This document shows, in pieces, positions 10,273-18,791 of a stretch of DNA of 35,616 bases (position 1 is the first letter of the stretch; the number at the start of each line of letters is the position of its first letter). Where the stretch lies: positions 1-35,616 of the IMG/VR virus record IMGVR_UViG_3300014031_000004, one strand, 5' to 3'. Source of the DNA: a virus (Duplodnaviria > Caudoviricetes). The notes under the pieces are model-generated. The model was not told the origin of the DNA. It was given only the letters and a program-made list of their open reading frames with translations, and did no database searches. Both the position numbers and the translations under genes were made by a program.

Positions 10273-10617
10273 ATGCCTCAAGAGTTGGAGAAGTTCAAGG
10301 AAGACATACTAGGGATACTTAAAGACCACGTGCAAGACTACACCGAGGGTCGAGATCTCTATATTGACCTGATAAGAAGGACTACAGAAGACACTGTCAG
10401 GTATACTGTAAACGGTAAGATTGACAAGCTTACAAATGAAGTCAAGGAACTCTCACTAAGAGCAGATCCAGTACTTACAGCTTTTGAAAGGAGTACAGTC
10501 GTATCGAAGTTCTTTGTCTGGTCAGCAAAAGCAATCGGTGTTGTCGGTGCTGTCATAATTGCATGCTTAGGAGCTTGGGAGACTATTATCAACATCGCCA
10601 CTAACTTTAGAAAATAA
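10273..10617 (+). CDS. Putative holin-like membrane protein
   Basis: Coiled-coil then C-terminal hydrophobic helix (AIGVVGAVIIACLGAW); directly before endolysin. Confidence 0.5.
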   Translation: MPQELEKFKEDILGILKDHVQDYTEGRDLYIDLIRRTTEDTVRYTVNGKIDKLTNEVKELSLRADPVLTAFERSTVVSKFFVWSAKAIGVVGAVIIACLGAWETIINIATNFRK

Positions 10618-10618
10618 C

Positions 10619-11698
10619 ATGAACGATCTACCCATTTTAGGACACGGAGCAACATTAAGCAAGGTCAGCGTCCAGGACATTCTAGCTCACCAGGTTGTGG
10701 CAATGTCTGCACTCCCTCCATCTGAGGTTGTCATTTCATACAACCACCCAAACTACAACCAGAAGAAGATTGGAAAATGCACAGCTGAAGATCTCTGTGA
10801 CATGGCAGAACAGATCTTTGGGATTCCATTCTCTGTAGCATTCACATACTGGGGAGGAAAATCATATGATGGTAACCTATTGGAAGGTTCTAGCAACGTC
10901 TCTATGATGAGCTATGGACACAATGTAGGATTCCTCCCATTGGCTTTAGACCCTGACGGCAACAACTCTGAGGGAGAATACTCTGACTTTCTTGCTAGAC
11001 GACATTCATATACTGCAGAGCAGATAGCTGCAGCCGGACACTATAAGATCCTTTATTCTCGTGTCCAAGATCTTTCACCTATTGGTATTGCAACAGCTCT
11101 TGCTGCAAGCAAGTATGGTCTCATCACAATGATGGAAGTAGGAGACAACTTCTATGCTGATGCTAACCACAACATCACATGGGACAAGTCAAGACTCCAG
11201 ATGCTCAATGCACCTATCCCAGTGACAGGTGGCCATTCAATTAAGATCCTAGAATCTCATGGGCTTGATGAAAATCAAATCCGACATTTAAGAAACTCAT
11301 GGGGAGGAATAGGTAACCCTACAACAGCTGCTGGTGATATATGGTGCGAAGATGGGAACATTGACTACGTATATAAAACTCAGCAACCATACGTTCGAGA
11401 AGCTTTTATCATATCAAAATTAGATGGTGTCACCTTTAAGCATAAGTTCGTACTTCCTATAAAACAGGGAGACAGTTCACCTGAAGTTACTGCATTGCAA
11501 AGAGTACTTGTCCAAGCTGGTTTTCTTGTGATGCCAAAAGGTGTTGCATATGGCTACTACGGATCAGTCACTGCTGCAGCTGTCCTCAAATTCCAGAAAC
11601 AATACATGGTAGCAACTACTGCTGTCCTAGATTCATTGAAAGGTTCTACAGTCGGTCCTGCAACTCGAATTGCTTTGAATACTTCTCAAGGTCTATAA
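10619..11698 (+). CDS. Putative endolysin: papain-like (C1) cysteine peptidase + peptidoglycan-binding domain
   Basis: Q-x5-C (QKKIGKC), GGHS, LRNSWG triad; C-terminal GDSSPEVTALQRVL...GYYGSVTAAAVLKFQ PG_binding_1 repeat. Confidence 0.8.
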   Translation: MNDLPILGHGATLSKVSVQDILAHQVVAMSALPPSEVVISYNHPNYNQKKIGKCTAEDLCDMAEQIFGIPFSVAFTYWGGKSYDGNLLEGSSNVSMMSYGHNVGFLPLALDPDGNNSEGEYSDFLARRHSYTAEQIAAAGHYKILYSRVQDLSPIGIATALAASKYGLITMMEVGDNFYADANHNITWDKSRLQMLNAPIPVTGGHSIKILESHGLDENQIRHLRNSWGGIGNPTTAAGDIWCEDGNIDYVYKTQQPYVREAFIISKLDGVTFKHKFVLPIKQGDSSPEVTALQRVLVQAGFLVMPKGVAYGYYGSVTAAAVLKFQKQYMVATTAVLDSLKGSTVGPATRIALNTSQGL

Positions 11699-11699
11699 T

Positions 11700-11731
11700 A
11701 AAAAAACACCCCCACTTGCTAGGCGGGGATG
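11700..11731 (-). terminator. Rho-independent terminator
   Basis: Minus strand CATCCCCGC-CTAGCAA-GTGGGGGTG followed by T7. Confidence 0.7.
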
Positions 11732-11755
11732 CTATCCGTATTCCAACGGCAGCCT

Positions 11756-11971
11756 TTACGGCTGAGATGTCACCTCCTTTCCCCGGCAGAAGCCGAAGGG
11801 AAAGTCAAGCTGGTGAGTAAGTGTCCCTTGCACAGTGAATGGCAGTGGACGCTCTTGAATCTTCTCGAACTGTGACGTGCAGTGGGAGTCACAGAACACT
11901 TTTCCGAAGTGACGGTCACGCGGTTCATGAGGCTCAATCGTCGAGCCGCAATGGTGGCAGTTTACTGTCAT
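11756..11971 (-). CDS. Small Zn-finger protein (CxxC...FCxxxC, TRASH/MYM-like)
   Basis: CHHC...FCDSHC; GAGGA SD upstream; terminator downstream. Confidence 0.65.
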   Translation of the reverse strand: MTVNCHHCGSTIEPHEPRDRHFGKVFCDSHCTSQFEKIQERPLPFTVQGTLTHQLDFPFGFCRGKEVTSQP

Positions 11972-11986
11972 TGAATGTTCCTCAGG

Positions 11987-12127
11987 TTAGGGTTGTCTGG
12001 TGATGGAAGAAAGCTGTCTCTCAATCCACCGAAGGTGCCTTCTGTACGAAAGATCGCTGATGATACCGAGGAGGTACCACTCGTCTTGACTGAACAGTAG
12101 GCCGTCTCTGAATAGTTCAGTGCTCAT
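11987..12127 (-). CDS. 46-aa hypothetical protein (not in ORF track)
   Basis: MSTELFRDGLLFSQDEWYLLGIISDLSYRRHLRWIERQLSSITRQP*, GGAG SD upstream, between promoter and Zn-finger gene. Confidence 0.55.
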   Translation of the reverse strand: MSTELFRDGLLFSQDEWYLLGIISDLSYRRHLRWIERQLSSITRQP

Positions 12128-12158
12128 TTGTGTTGTCAATCTCCAAAGTTACATGAAT

Positions 12159-12168
12159 ATTATACTGC
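12159..12168 (-). promoter_or_regulatory. Leftward -10 element GCAGTATAAT
   Basis: Same 10-mer as in the promoter at 25261-25270; weak -35. Confidence 0.45.
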
Positions 12169-12197
12169 GGCCAGAAGGGAATTATTCTCCGAAGATT

Positions 12198-12206
12198 TGG
12201 TATAAT
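12198..12206 (+). promoter_or_regulatory. Extended -10 promoter TGgTATAAT
   Basis: TGnTATAAT consensus upstream of transglycosylase-like gene and tRNA. Confidence 0.6.
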
Positions 12207-12328
12207 TAAATAGACGACATACCATTGTCAACAACCCAGTCACAGCAAATCAGTCCCCGTTCCTAGTCGGTTCGAAACGGCACCCAGCCAAGGGACTGAG
12301 AGAAATTCAGACAGATCTTATCCAATTC

Positions 12329-12766
12329 ATGAAAATAACAATTGCCCTACTTGCATGCGTATTACTACTATTACAGTTCAGCCTTATAAATAAGACAGTC
12401 AAGAGCATGAACCCTCCGTATCATGCTCCAAGCTTTACTCCCCTCAAGAAGATAAAGTATCAAGTCCTCGGGACTACTATAGAAAGAGAAAAGATAGTCC
12501 TAGAGGAGATGCCAGAGATGTACTCTGCATTCCAGTGTGAGTCTAAGTACCAGCACTACCGGCAAGACGGCTCAGTCAAGAGAAGCCACCGGAACAGTGA
12601 CGGCACATATGACTACGGATGGACCCAGATAAACACCGTCCATGAGCCAGAAGCTGAAGCCATGGGATTCAAGCTATGGACCATGACACCTGAGCAGGCA
12701 TGGAAGCTCACAAAGAAGATAATGAAGTATTCAGGACCAAGTGCCTGGACATGCTACCAAGGGTAG
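12329..12766 (+). CDS. Lysozyme-fold lytic transglycosylase-like protein with N-terminal signal/anchor
   Basis: Hydrophobic N-terminus; CES (catalytic Glu), DYGWTQIN, terminal AWTC motifs. Confidence 0.7.
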   Translation: MKITIALLACVLLLLQFSLINKTVKSMNPPYHAPSFTPLKKIKYQVLGTTIEREKIVLEEMPEMYSAFQCESKYQHYRQDGSVKRSHRNSDGTYDYGWTQINTVHEPEAEAMGFKLWTMTPEQAWKLTKKIMKYSGPSAWTCYQG

Positions 12767-12770
12767 CTAT

Positions 12771-12842
12771 TGGGGAGTCGTCTAATCGGTAGGACTGCAG
12801 GTTCTGGACCTGCCTATCTTGGTTCGAGTCCAAGCTCCCCAG
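12771..12842 (+). tRNA. trnQ: tRNA-Gln (anticodon CTG)
   Basis: Acceptor TGGGGAG/CTCCCCA, anticodon arm GCAGG-TTCTGGA-CCTGC, T arm CTTGG-TTCGAGT-CCAAG, G73; CCA not encoded. Confidence 0.95.
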
Positions 12843-12850
12843 CAATAGAG

Positions 12851-13516
12851 TTAGTAAAACTTAAGAAGTGCTCCGAGTTTCTTCTTAATGTCAGTGTATA
12901 CTTCTTCGTCAATGACAACCATTTTGACTTCTGGAAAGTAGATTCTCATTCTTTTGAGTTTAGTAAGACTCTTCGGATCCATCCAACCCTTGACCTCGTG
13001 GTATTCAATAGATCCTGACGATAGAACGACTCTAAAGTCGGGTCGGTATGTTCTTGTGCCTGATCGAATCTTCTCAAACAGAAACGATTCTGGCTCGTAT
13101 TCCCAAGAAATGACCTGTTTTTGTTTTATTAGGAAGTTAAGATATATAGCATAATTCACTTCCCATCTAGAACGAAAGAAATATTCCTTCCCTTCTATCG
13201 TATAGTAGCCTCGATGTACATGACCGAATTTACCAGGGACTTGGATTGATGCTGGTATCTTCCCTTCTAAGGCTTTTGAGATTTTTGAACGAGTTTCACG
13301 AGTAGGGCTGTGACCATCTACGAATCCGAATTTTTCACCCCTTTCAATTCTTCTTGAGTAATTCATCTTTAGTTTCTTTCTTGTCTCATCTGAATGTACA
13401 TGACCTCTCAGCCCCTTGCTTATTGACTCATTATTCTCCTTTGAATGGGTATATACTCCGGTTCTCCCAGCACGACCGCCCTGACCTTTTTTATGTAGAT
13501 AGATTCCACGTCCCAT
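12851..13516 (-). CDS. NUMOD3-repeat PD-(D/E)XK endonuclease (homing-endonuclease-like)
   Basis: HSKENNESIS / HSDETRKKL / ETRSKISKAL repeats; FRSRWE, WEYEP, YRPDF, HEVKG nuclease motifs. Confidence 0.75.
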   Translation of the reverse strand: MGRGIYLHKKGQGGRAGRTGVYTHSKENNESISKGLRGHVHSDETRKKLKMNYSRRIERGEKFGFVDGHSPTRETRSKISKALEGKIPASIQVPGKFGHVHRGYYTIEGKEYFFRSRWEVNYAIYLNFLIKQKQVISWEYEPESFLFEKIRSGTRTYRPDFRVVLSSGSIEYHEVKGWMDPKSLTKLKRMRIYFPEVKMVVIDEEVYTDIKKKLGALLKFY

Positions 13517-13820
13517 ATTTTTTGTTTAATTTAGCTTTCATCATACTATAGTTTATAGACTTTGAGTACCTCTGTATATCTGAATCATTTGCACGATTAA
13601 GCATTATCCAGTCTACTTTTTCTTTAACTCTGACTATGTTAGTATGACAGTGATTACAGAGAGGAAGTATGCACCAGTCTTCATTGACCTGTCTTCCTGC
13701 GAAAATAAGATTATGATGCCAATCTATCTTACCTCCGCAGGAAGGAGTATCGAGGCAGCAAGACTTATAGAACAGATCCTCCGACATCTTCAGTCTTAGT
13801 TTTGGTGGTATTGGTCTCAT
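13491..13820 (-). CDS. HNH-like Zn-binding nuclease (DUF968/Ref-like)
   Basis: CC..C, DWHH, ILPLCNHCH. Confidence 0.6.
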   Translation of the reverse strand: MRPIPPKLRLKMSEDLFYKSCCLDTPSCGGKIDWHHNLIFAGRQVNEDWCILPLCNHCHTNIVRVKEKVDWIMLNRANDSDIQRYSKSINYSMMKAKLNKKYGTWNLST

Positions 13821-16242
13821 TTTCTATTGCTAATTGTTTTTTAGATTTTCGAGGATTTGTCATTCGCGGTTCCTTAATCTCTTTCTTAACTGGTCGATCT
13901 TCAGGAAAAAAGTCAATGTCCGGATAAGCAACCTTAGTGATTCTTTCTAGTATCTTTCTAGTTTTATTTTCCCAGTAGTAATTTCTGTCATATTCACCTG
14001 TGAAGTGCTCGGCAAGTATCCCGTCAATCGTCTTGTCTTTCCCCGTCACAATGTACTCTATCTCGACATTCTTCATTGATTCACCGTTGTTAGCTTTCAC
14101 CAGAGCAGCAAGCTTCACGTGAAGAGGCTGAGTCTTGGCATAGCTTTCTGGCTCTTTCCCTACTTTCTGTATGATAGTGAGCTCCTCCCGGGTGAACTCT
14201 TTGTCATAGAATTCCTTCTTGATGTCTTGCATCACCTTCTTCATGTCTTCCACGTCTGGGGCATCATACAGTACCTTGTTGATGAGGAACTTCTGCTTCT
14301 CAGCTGCAAACCCGAAGGTGTTCTTCTTGATGAAGTCCATTCCCCTGGCATATATCTCATTAGTCTTCTTTCCCTCCATGTTGATTACATGACCCACATA
14401 GGTCTTCTTGGCTATGAGGACGAAAGACTCATACTGCTTGTCAAAGTTGAGCTGGATGAAGCATTCATCTATGTTGAACTTCTCCTTCAGTTCCTTTCTC
14501 AGTGCGCTGTGGAAACCCTCAAGAGTACCGTCTACATCTAGAAAGCCCTTTCCAGTGGCTACAAAGACTGAGTCAGTGTCCCCGTATATCACTTTGTACC
14601 CGATGCTTTCATAGTATCCCTTAGCAAACATGATGCACCACTGCCCAAATAGCGTGATGCTCTCGGCTACATCTACAGAGAAGTACCTTCCGTACTTGAG
14701 TCCCATGATTCCGTATGTCGAGTTAGCAAGCTCTTTCACAATGATCTCATCGGACACAACCATCTCCCAGTTTGTTCCTTTGTTCAATCCCTCTTCAATC
14801 ATCTTCAGCTTCAGCTTCTTATATTCCTCTCTTTTCTTCAATAGTCCAGATACTGCTAGATTCACAACGGAAGGTTCTTTTACAAAATATGTAGGCTTAA
14901 TACCACCAACCTTTCTTTCGATTGACAGAGTACCTGGATTTATGATGCAGTTGTCATCAGCTACGTATCTGAGAGAGTCATATCCGATGTTTGAGGTTCT
15001 CATCATAGATGGATAAAGTGACTTAAAGTCGAACGTATAGACTCGGTCATATTTACCAACAACAGGTTCCAGTACAATGGCTCCCATGTACTGTGCATCA
15101 TCGTCATTTACTTCCTCTTCTTTCTTCAGGGCTCCGGTGTCATCTGGATTCTCATTCCCCCTGGTATTGTCCATTACCCTCTCCTTGATTGCATTGACAG
15201 CAGTCCTTGCAAACTTGTTCACTTGGTGAGCAGTCTTGAGGATGAATGAGTCAATGATAGAATACAGGCCGAACTGGCTGACAGGAACTCCGCACCACTG
15301 AGACTGCCTAATCATCATGTCAGATACTCCAAGCTTCTGATCTAGCTCAAACAGCAGCCTCACGTCTTCCTCGTTGTATACTTTCAGCTTCTTCGGGTTG
15401 TCCCTCCATAGCTCAATGATCTTCTCATCATGCTTCACCTTTCCCTTGCCGAGGAAGTGCTGTGAGATGTTCTCAAGTGAGAATGACTTTATGTGAGAGT
15501 CAAACCTGAAGATGTGCCTGAACCTCTTGAGCAAGTCAAAGTGTCCCATCTTCTTCCAGCAGTAAGCCTTGTCAAAGTGAAGGTCATACTTCTGCATCCT
15601 CTTCTTGAGGTAAGGCACATCAAATCCAGATGAGTTCCATCCCAGCAAGATGTTGTAGTCCTTTATCACCTTCAAGAAGTCTAGCATGAGGTTAGTCTCT
15701 GCTTCATCTGTATGCTCTTTGAGCCGCTTGAAGAACATCTTTCCTGTGTCATCCATAGCAGCAAAGCTGAGTATCCGGTCTCTGCCGATCTCAATCCTCT
15801 GCTCAGTGTCATCAGTCTCAATGTCAAAGTACAGCTTCCTATACTTGTCTGATATGATGACCTCTTTGTCTATGAACCATCTCTTGTCAGGCATGAGGTC
15901 TCCCTCAAACGTCTCAATCCCATTCTTTTCTAGTGTCATTACAAGCCTTCCCCTTGTGACCGAGAAGATCTCTTCTTTTCTTCCAGTAGGTCTCGGATGT
16001 ATCTTGACATAGCCAGGATACTTAGGGTCGTCAAGAAATGCAACTGTCCCAGAATGAGATTCAGACACGATTACCATTGCTCTCTCTTCGTCTTCTTTCT
16101 TTATCGTGAAATACCAGTCAACAGACATCTTGCCCTCACTGCGAACCCCGTTCTCGTCATCATATATTACTCCGATGTCGTTTCCTTTCTTGTAGTTCCA
16201 TGTATGGACCACCTTGACTCTAGGGGTTGCAGTTTGTGTCAT
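13765..16242 (-). CDS. polB: Family B DNA polymerase with 3'-5' exonuclease
   Basis: ExoI FDIETD, ExoII GWNSSGFD, ExoIII YNEED, motif A DFKSLYPS, B KELANSTYG, C YGDTDS. Confidence 0.97.
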   Translation of the reverse strand: MTQTATPRVKVVHTWNYKKGNDIGVIYDDENGVRSEGKMSVDWYFTIKKEDEERAMVIVSESHSGTVAFLDDPKYPGYVKIHPRPTGRKEEIFSVTRGRLVMTLEKNGIETFEGDLMPDKRWFIDKEVIISDKYRKLYFDIETDDTEQRIEIGRDRILSFAAMDDTGKMFFKRLKEHTDEAETNLMLDFLKVIKDYNILLGWNSSGFDVPYLKKRMQKYDLHFDKAYCWKKMGHFDLLKRFRHIFRFDSHIKSFSLENISQHFLGKGKVKHDEKIIELWRDNPKKLKVYNEEDVRLLFELDQKLGVSDMMIRQSQWCGVPVSQFGLYSIIDSFILKTAHQVNKFARTAVNAIKERVMDNTRGNENPDDTGALKKEEEVNDDDAQYMGAIVLEPVVGKYDRVYTFDFKSLYPSMMRTSNIGYDSLRYVADDNCIINPGTLSIERKVGGIKPTYFVKEPSVVNLAVSGLLKKREEYKKLKLKMIEEGLNKGTNWEMVVSDEIIVKELANSTYGIMGLKYGRYFSVDVAESITLFGQWCIMFAKGYYESIGYKVIYGDTDSVFVATGKGFLDVDGTLEGFHSALRKELKEKFNIDECFIQLNFDKQYESFVLIAKKTYVGHVINMEGKKTNEIYARGMDFIKKNTFGFAAEKQKFLINKVLYDAPDVEDMKKVMQDIKKEFYDKEFTREELTIIQKVGKEPESYAKTQPLHVKLAALVKANNGESMKNVEIEYIVTGKDKTIDGILAEHFTGEYDRNYYWENKTRKILERITKVAYPDIDFFPEDRPVKKEIKEPRMTNPRKSKKQLAIENETNTTKTKTEDVGGSVL

Positions 16243-16269
16243 GTTGATTTGTTATTTCTAATGCTTATA

Positions 16270-16812
16270 TTATACCTCGTAGTGGCAGTTGCCGTAAATG
16301 ACCACTAGCTTGGTGACTGAGATACCTGTCTTGTCACCGAACTTCTTCATCATTGAGCCGAAGAATATCATGTCAGGAATGAACTTCTCTACATCCGCAG
16401 ACCTCTGGTACACATACATGTCAAACTCATTCCTGTGAGTCATGACGAACTGCATGTGAGTGAAGCATGGAAGATCTCGATAGAAGTTTGTCCCATTCAT
16501 GACCATCAGCTGCCTGCTGTTTATGCCTTCCTTAGCAGTCTTGGCAGCCTGAGTGAATGTCTTGTACATCCTCTTCCAGTCAGCCTTGAACTTGTCTTCA
16601 GGTTTCTGCTTCTTGATGTAGTCAACTAGCTCAGGATCTTTGAATACCATGAAGTGACCGGGAAGTGCCTTGACATCTCTTCCTGTCCGGTCCTCTTGGT
16701 CAAACCCACTATTGCAGATGTCTACAGTCAGGAGTTCTTTAGCTATTGTAAGCGGCGAGGAACTGTGTGAAGTGCTCGTTGATCGCTTCGGCTCTTTCTT
16801 TGATTTCTTCAT
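16270..16812 (-). CDS. Minimal ThyA-fold protein, putative dCMP-modifying enzyme
   Basis: DRTG, SRQ, LPC, YQRSAD, GNCHY motifs; Asp near the specificity position. Confidence 0.8.
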   Translation of the reverse strand: MKKSKKEPKRSTSTSHSSSPLTIAKELLTVDICNSGFDQEDRTGRDVKALPGHFMVFKDPELVDYIKKQKPEDKFKADWKRMYKTFTQAAKTAKEGINSRQLMVMNGTNFYRDLPCFTHMQFVMTHRNEFDMYVYQRSADVEKFIPDMIFFGSMMKKFGDKTGISVTKLVVIYGNCHYEV

Positions 16813-17794
16813 TTGAGTAGTGGTTAGCTTTTACATCTGCATCATGCTTGTCATAGAGAGTCTTGATAGCATTGAACTGGTCTTCAGTCACCTGAGTAGT
16901 TCCCCAGTAGAACAGGTCCTTGATGGGAGTGTTCGTGAAGTTCATCTGCTCCTTCTTCATCGGATAGAGGAAGTCTCGGTGATGGTAGTCAAACTCATCA
17001 TCCTTCGGAATGTACAGGTTGGTGGACAAGAGGTTAGTCCTGTCTGCGCTTGCCTTCTTCTGGAAGTCGAATGAACCCTTCATCTTAGCAAAGATAGATT
17101 CCATCTCAGGGAATACAGCACACACTGCCTCCTGCATCTTCCTAGCAATCTCATTTATCTCCCATGTCTGGCTACCGTCATCAATCCTCTTCTTGTAGAA
17201 GAACAGTAGAGTTGACAAGTCGATCTTCATGAAGATGAAAGTCTCTAGGTTGTGAGGAGTGATAGTCCTTGCAGCCTGGATTGAGACCTTGAATGAGTCA
17301 TTCATCTGTGCATAGCTCATCTTAGTAGCTAGAGTAGCATCAATGAATCCCTGGAGAAGCATAGGGTCTTGTGCAATGCATTCCTCAACTAGAGCGTCAT
17401 TGTGAGAGAGGAACCTGTCACCTGTGCACTGCTGGCTGAATGTGACACCTATTCTCTGCCTTACTATCTGGTGAGTGTCAATTCGAGTGATTCCAGAGAT
17501 GCGGAAGATGAAGTTGATAGTCTCAAGTCCCAGTCCAAGTGCCTTTCCACCGAACATCTGGTCAAGAGCATGCTCCATCTCCTCATGTGAGGCTCGTGAT
17601 GATTCCATGCCGTCTTCGCTCCATGTAGCCTTGACGAAGTCATACGTTCCCTTCATCATCTCTTCTTTGTCATCATGCTTGATGAGGTCTACCTTGATAG
17701 AATTCCTGTAGTCCTTGAACCTTGTGAGGGGCTTCTGTCCGAATAGTATTCTGAACTGGTGGTGCTTTGGTATCAATTCTGGTATATGCGGCAT
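16739..17794 (-). CDS. thyX: Divergent ThyX-like flavin-dependent thymidylate synthase homologue
   Basis: LE..NFIFRISGITR..THQIVRQR....SQQC, AR...P, KKR, Q.WEI motifs. Confidence 0.75.
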   Translation of the reverse strand: MPHIPELIPKHHQFRILFGQKPLTRFKDYRNSIKVDLIKHDDKEEMMKGTYDFVKATWSEDGMESSRASHEEMEHALDQMFGGKALGLGLETINFIFRISGITRIDTHQIVRQRIGVTFSQQCTGDRFLSHNDALVEECIAQDPMLLQGFIDATLATKMSYAQMNDSFKVSIQAARTITPHNLETFIFMKIDLSTLLFFYKKRIDDGSQTWEINEIARKMQEAVCAVFPEMESIFAKMKGSFDFQKKASADRTNLLSTNLYIPKDDEFDYHHRDFLYPMKKEQMNFTNTPIKDLFYWGTTQVTEDQFNAIKTLYDKHDADVKANHYSNEEIKERAEAINEHFTQFLAAYNS

Positions 17795-17804
17795 TTGCGT
17801 GTTG

Positions 17805-18587
17805 TTAAATTGACAATACTAACAGTCGTGCCTCGACATAGTCGGCCTGATTTTTAAACAAAAAAGGCAATGATACGACTTTATCATAATACACTTTAGG
17901 GAAGAGTTTTTTAAGTCTATCAGTAATTCCTCCTACTACCGCGGGTGAATTGAATTGAAGTAGGTCCAGATTACGCATCTCATTACAATCAATGAAGTCT
18001 ACTGGTATATCTACTATCGGGCTCTTTCCTGCATTTTTATAATGAATCTCAATTGCAAGAAATCGTAATCCTTTCTTTTTTGCATACCCGAAGTCGAATT
18101 CATATTCACTACCTTCACAATCAATCTTCATCATCGTCGGTTGGTATTTATCAATGATGCTCTTAAAACTAATCGTCTCAATGTTTTTAACCTCATAGTA
18201 CCTATCCAATGTATTCTCATGTTTGTATGTACGGCCATACAATGAATTCATACCATGTTTTCCTCTCTTTGACACACGGAACTGTCTAGGTTCTCCATCC
18301 CCGGTTATTGCAATGTTATGGTCTTCAATCTTGCAATTATAATTTTGCTCTTTTAGCAAGCTAAATGCATATTCACCTGGCTCATACATTACAATACACT
18401 TAGGTTTTTTTGATGATATCATACTACTGACAATTCCAATGTTTGCACCGATGTCGATAATGACATCATCTTCAGTAATGTTTTCTATAAAGGGTTCATA
18501 TTCTTTTTCCATTTCCCGTATCTCCTTCATTGACATTACATTTAGGTCAGTCAAGACCTTTCCATACCGGGTTTTTACTTCTTTCAT
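17805..18587 (-). CDS. FkbM-family SAM methyltransferase
   Basis: IIDIGANIG, YEP, MKIDCEGSEY, IEIH motifs. Confidence 0.9.
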   Translation of the reverse strand: MKEVKTRYGKVLTDLNVMSMKEIREMEKEYEPFIENITEDDVIIDIGANIGIVSSMISSKKPKCIVMYEPGEYAFSLLKEQNYNCKIEDHNIAITGDGEPRQFRVSKRGKHGMNSLYGRTYKHENTLDRYYEVKNIETISFKSIIDKYQPTMMKIDCEGSEYEFDFGYAKKKGLRFLAIEIHYKNAGKSPIVDIPVDFIDCNEMRNLDLLQFNSPAVVGGITDRLKKLFPKVYYDKVVSLPFLFKNQADYVEARLLVLSI

Positions 18588-18593
18588 GATGTT

Positions 18594-18791
18594 TTACTTA
18601 ATTATGAACTTTCCCTTCTTGTCTCGCTTCACTCCAGCCTGCTTCAAGTGATATGACACACCGTTTGCAGTCAGTCCGTAAGCATCTCCGATCTGCCTTA
18701 GAGTAGGTGTGTATCCTAGCTTCTTCTGCATCTTGCCGATGTCTGCTACTACGTCCTTGTTAAGCTGTGTGATTGACTTCTTTGTTGACAT
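18594..18791 (-). CDS. Small LexA-DBD-like HTH protein
   Basis: GYTPTLRQIGDAYGLTANGVSYHLK matches LexA N-terminal HTH; no peptidase domain. Confidence 0.75.
   Translation of the reverse strand: MSTKKSITQLNKDVVADIGKMQKKLGYTPTLRQIGDAYGLTANGVSYHLKQAGVKRDKKGKFIIK

Noticed and set aside
12771-12842. Amber suppressor tRNA / stop-codon recoding
   Set aside because: Anticodon is CTG, not CTA. Long genes are intact in code 11, and TAG and TGA both end genes at sensible boundaries.
12770-13018. 82-aa ORF in the track
   Set aside because: It is the tRNA-Gln read as protein plus antisense of the endonuclease gene.
13765-16242. Intein/intron in PolB, or protein-primed PolB
   Set aside because: Motif spacing is continuous with no splicing motifs. 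No obvious TPR insertions were recognised, and the genome has a terminase and iteron origin.
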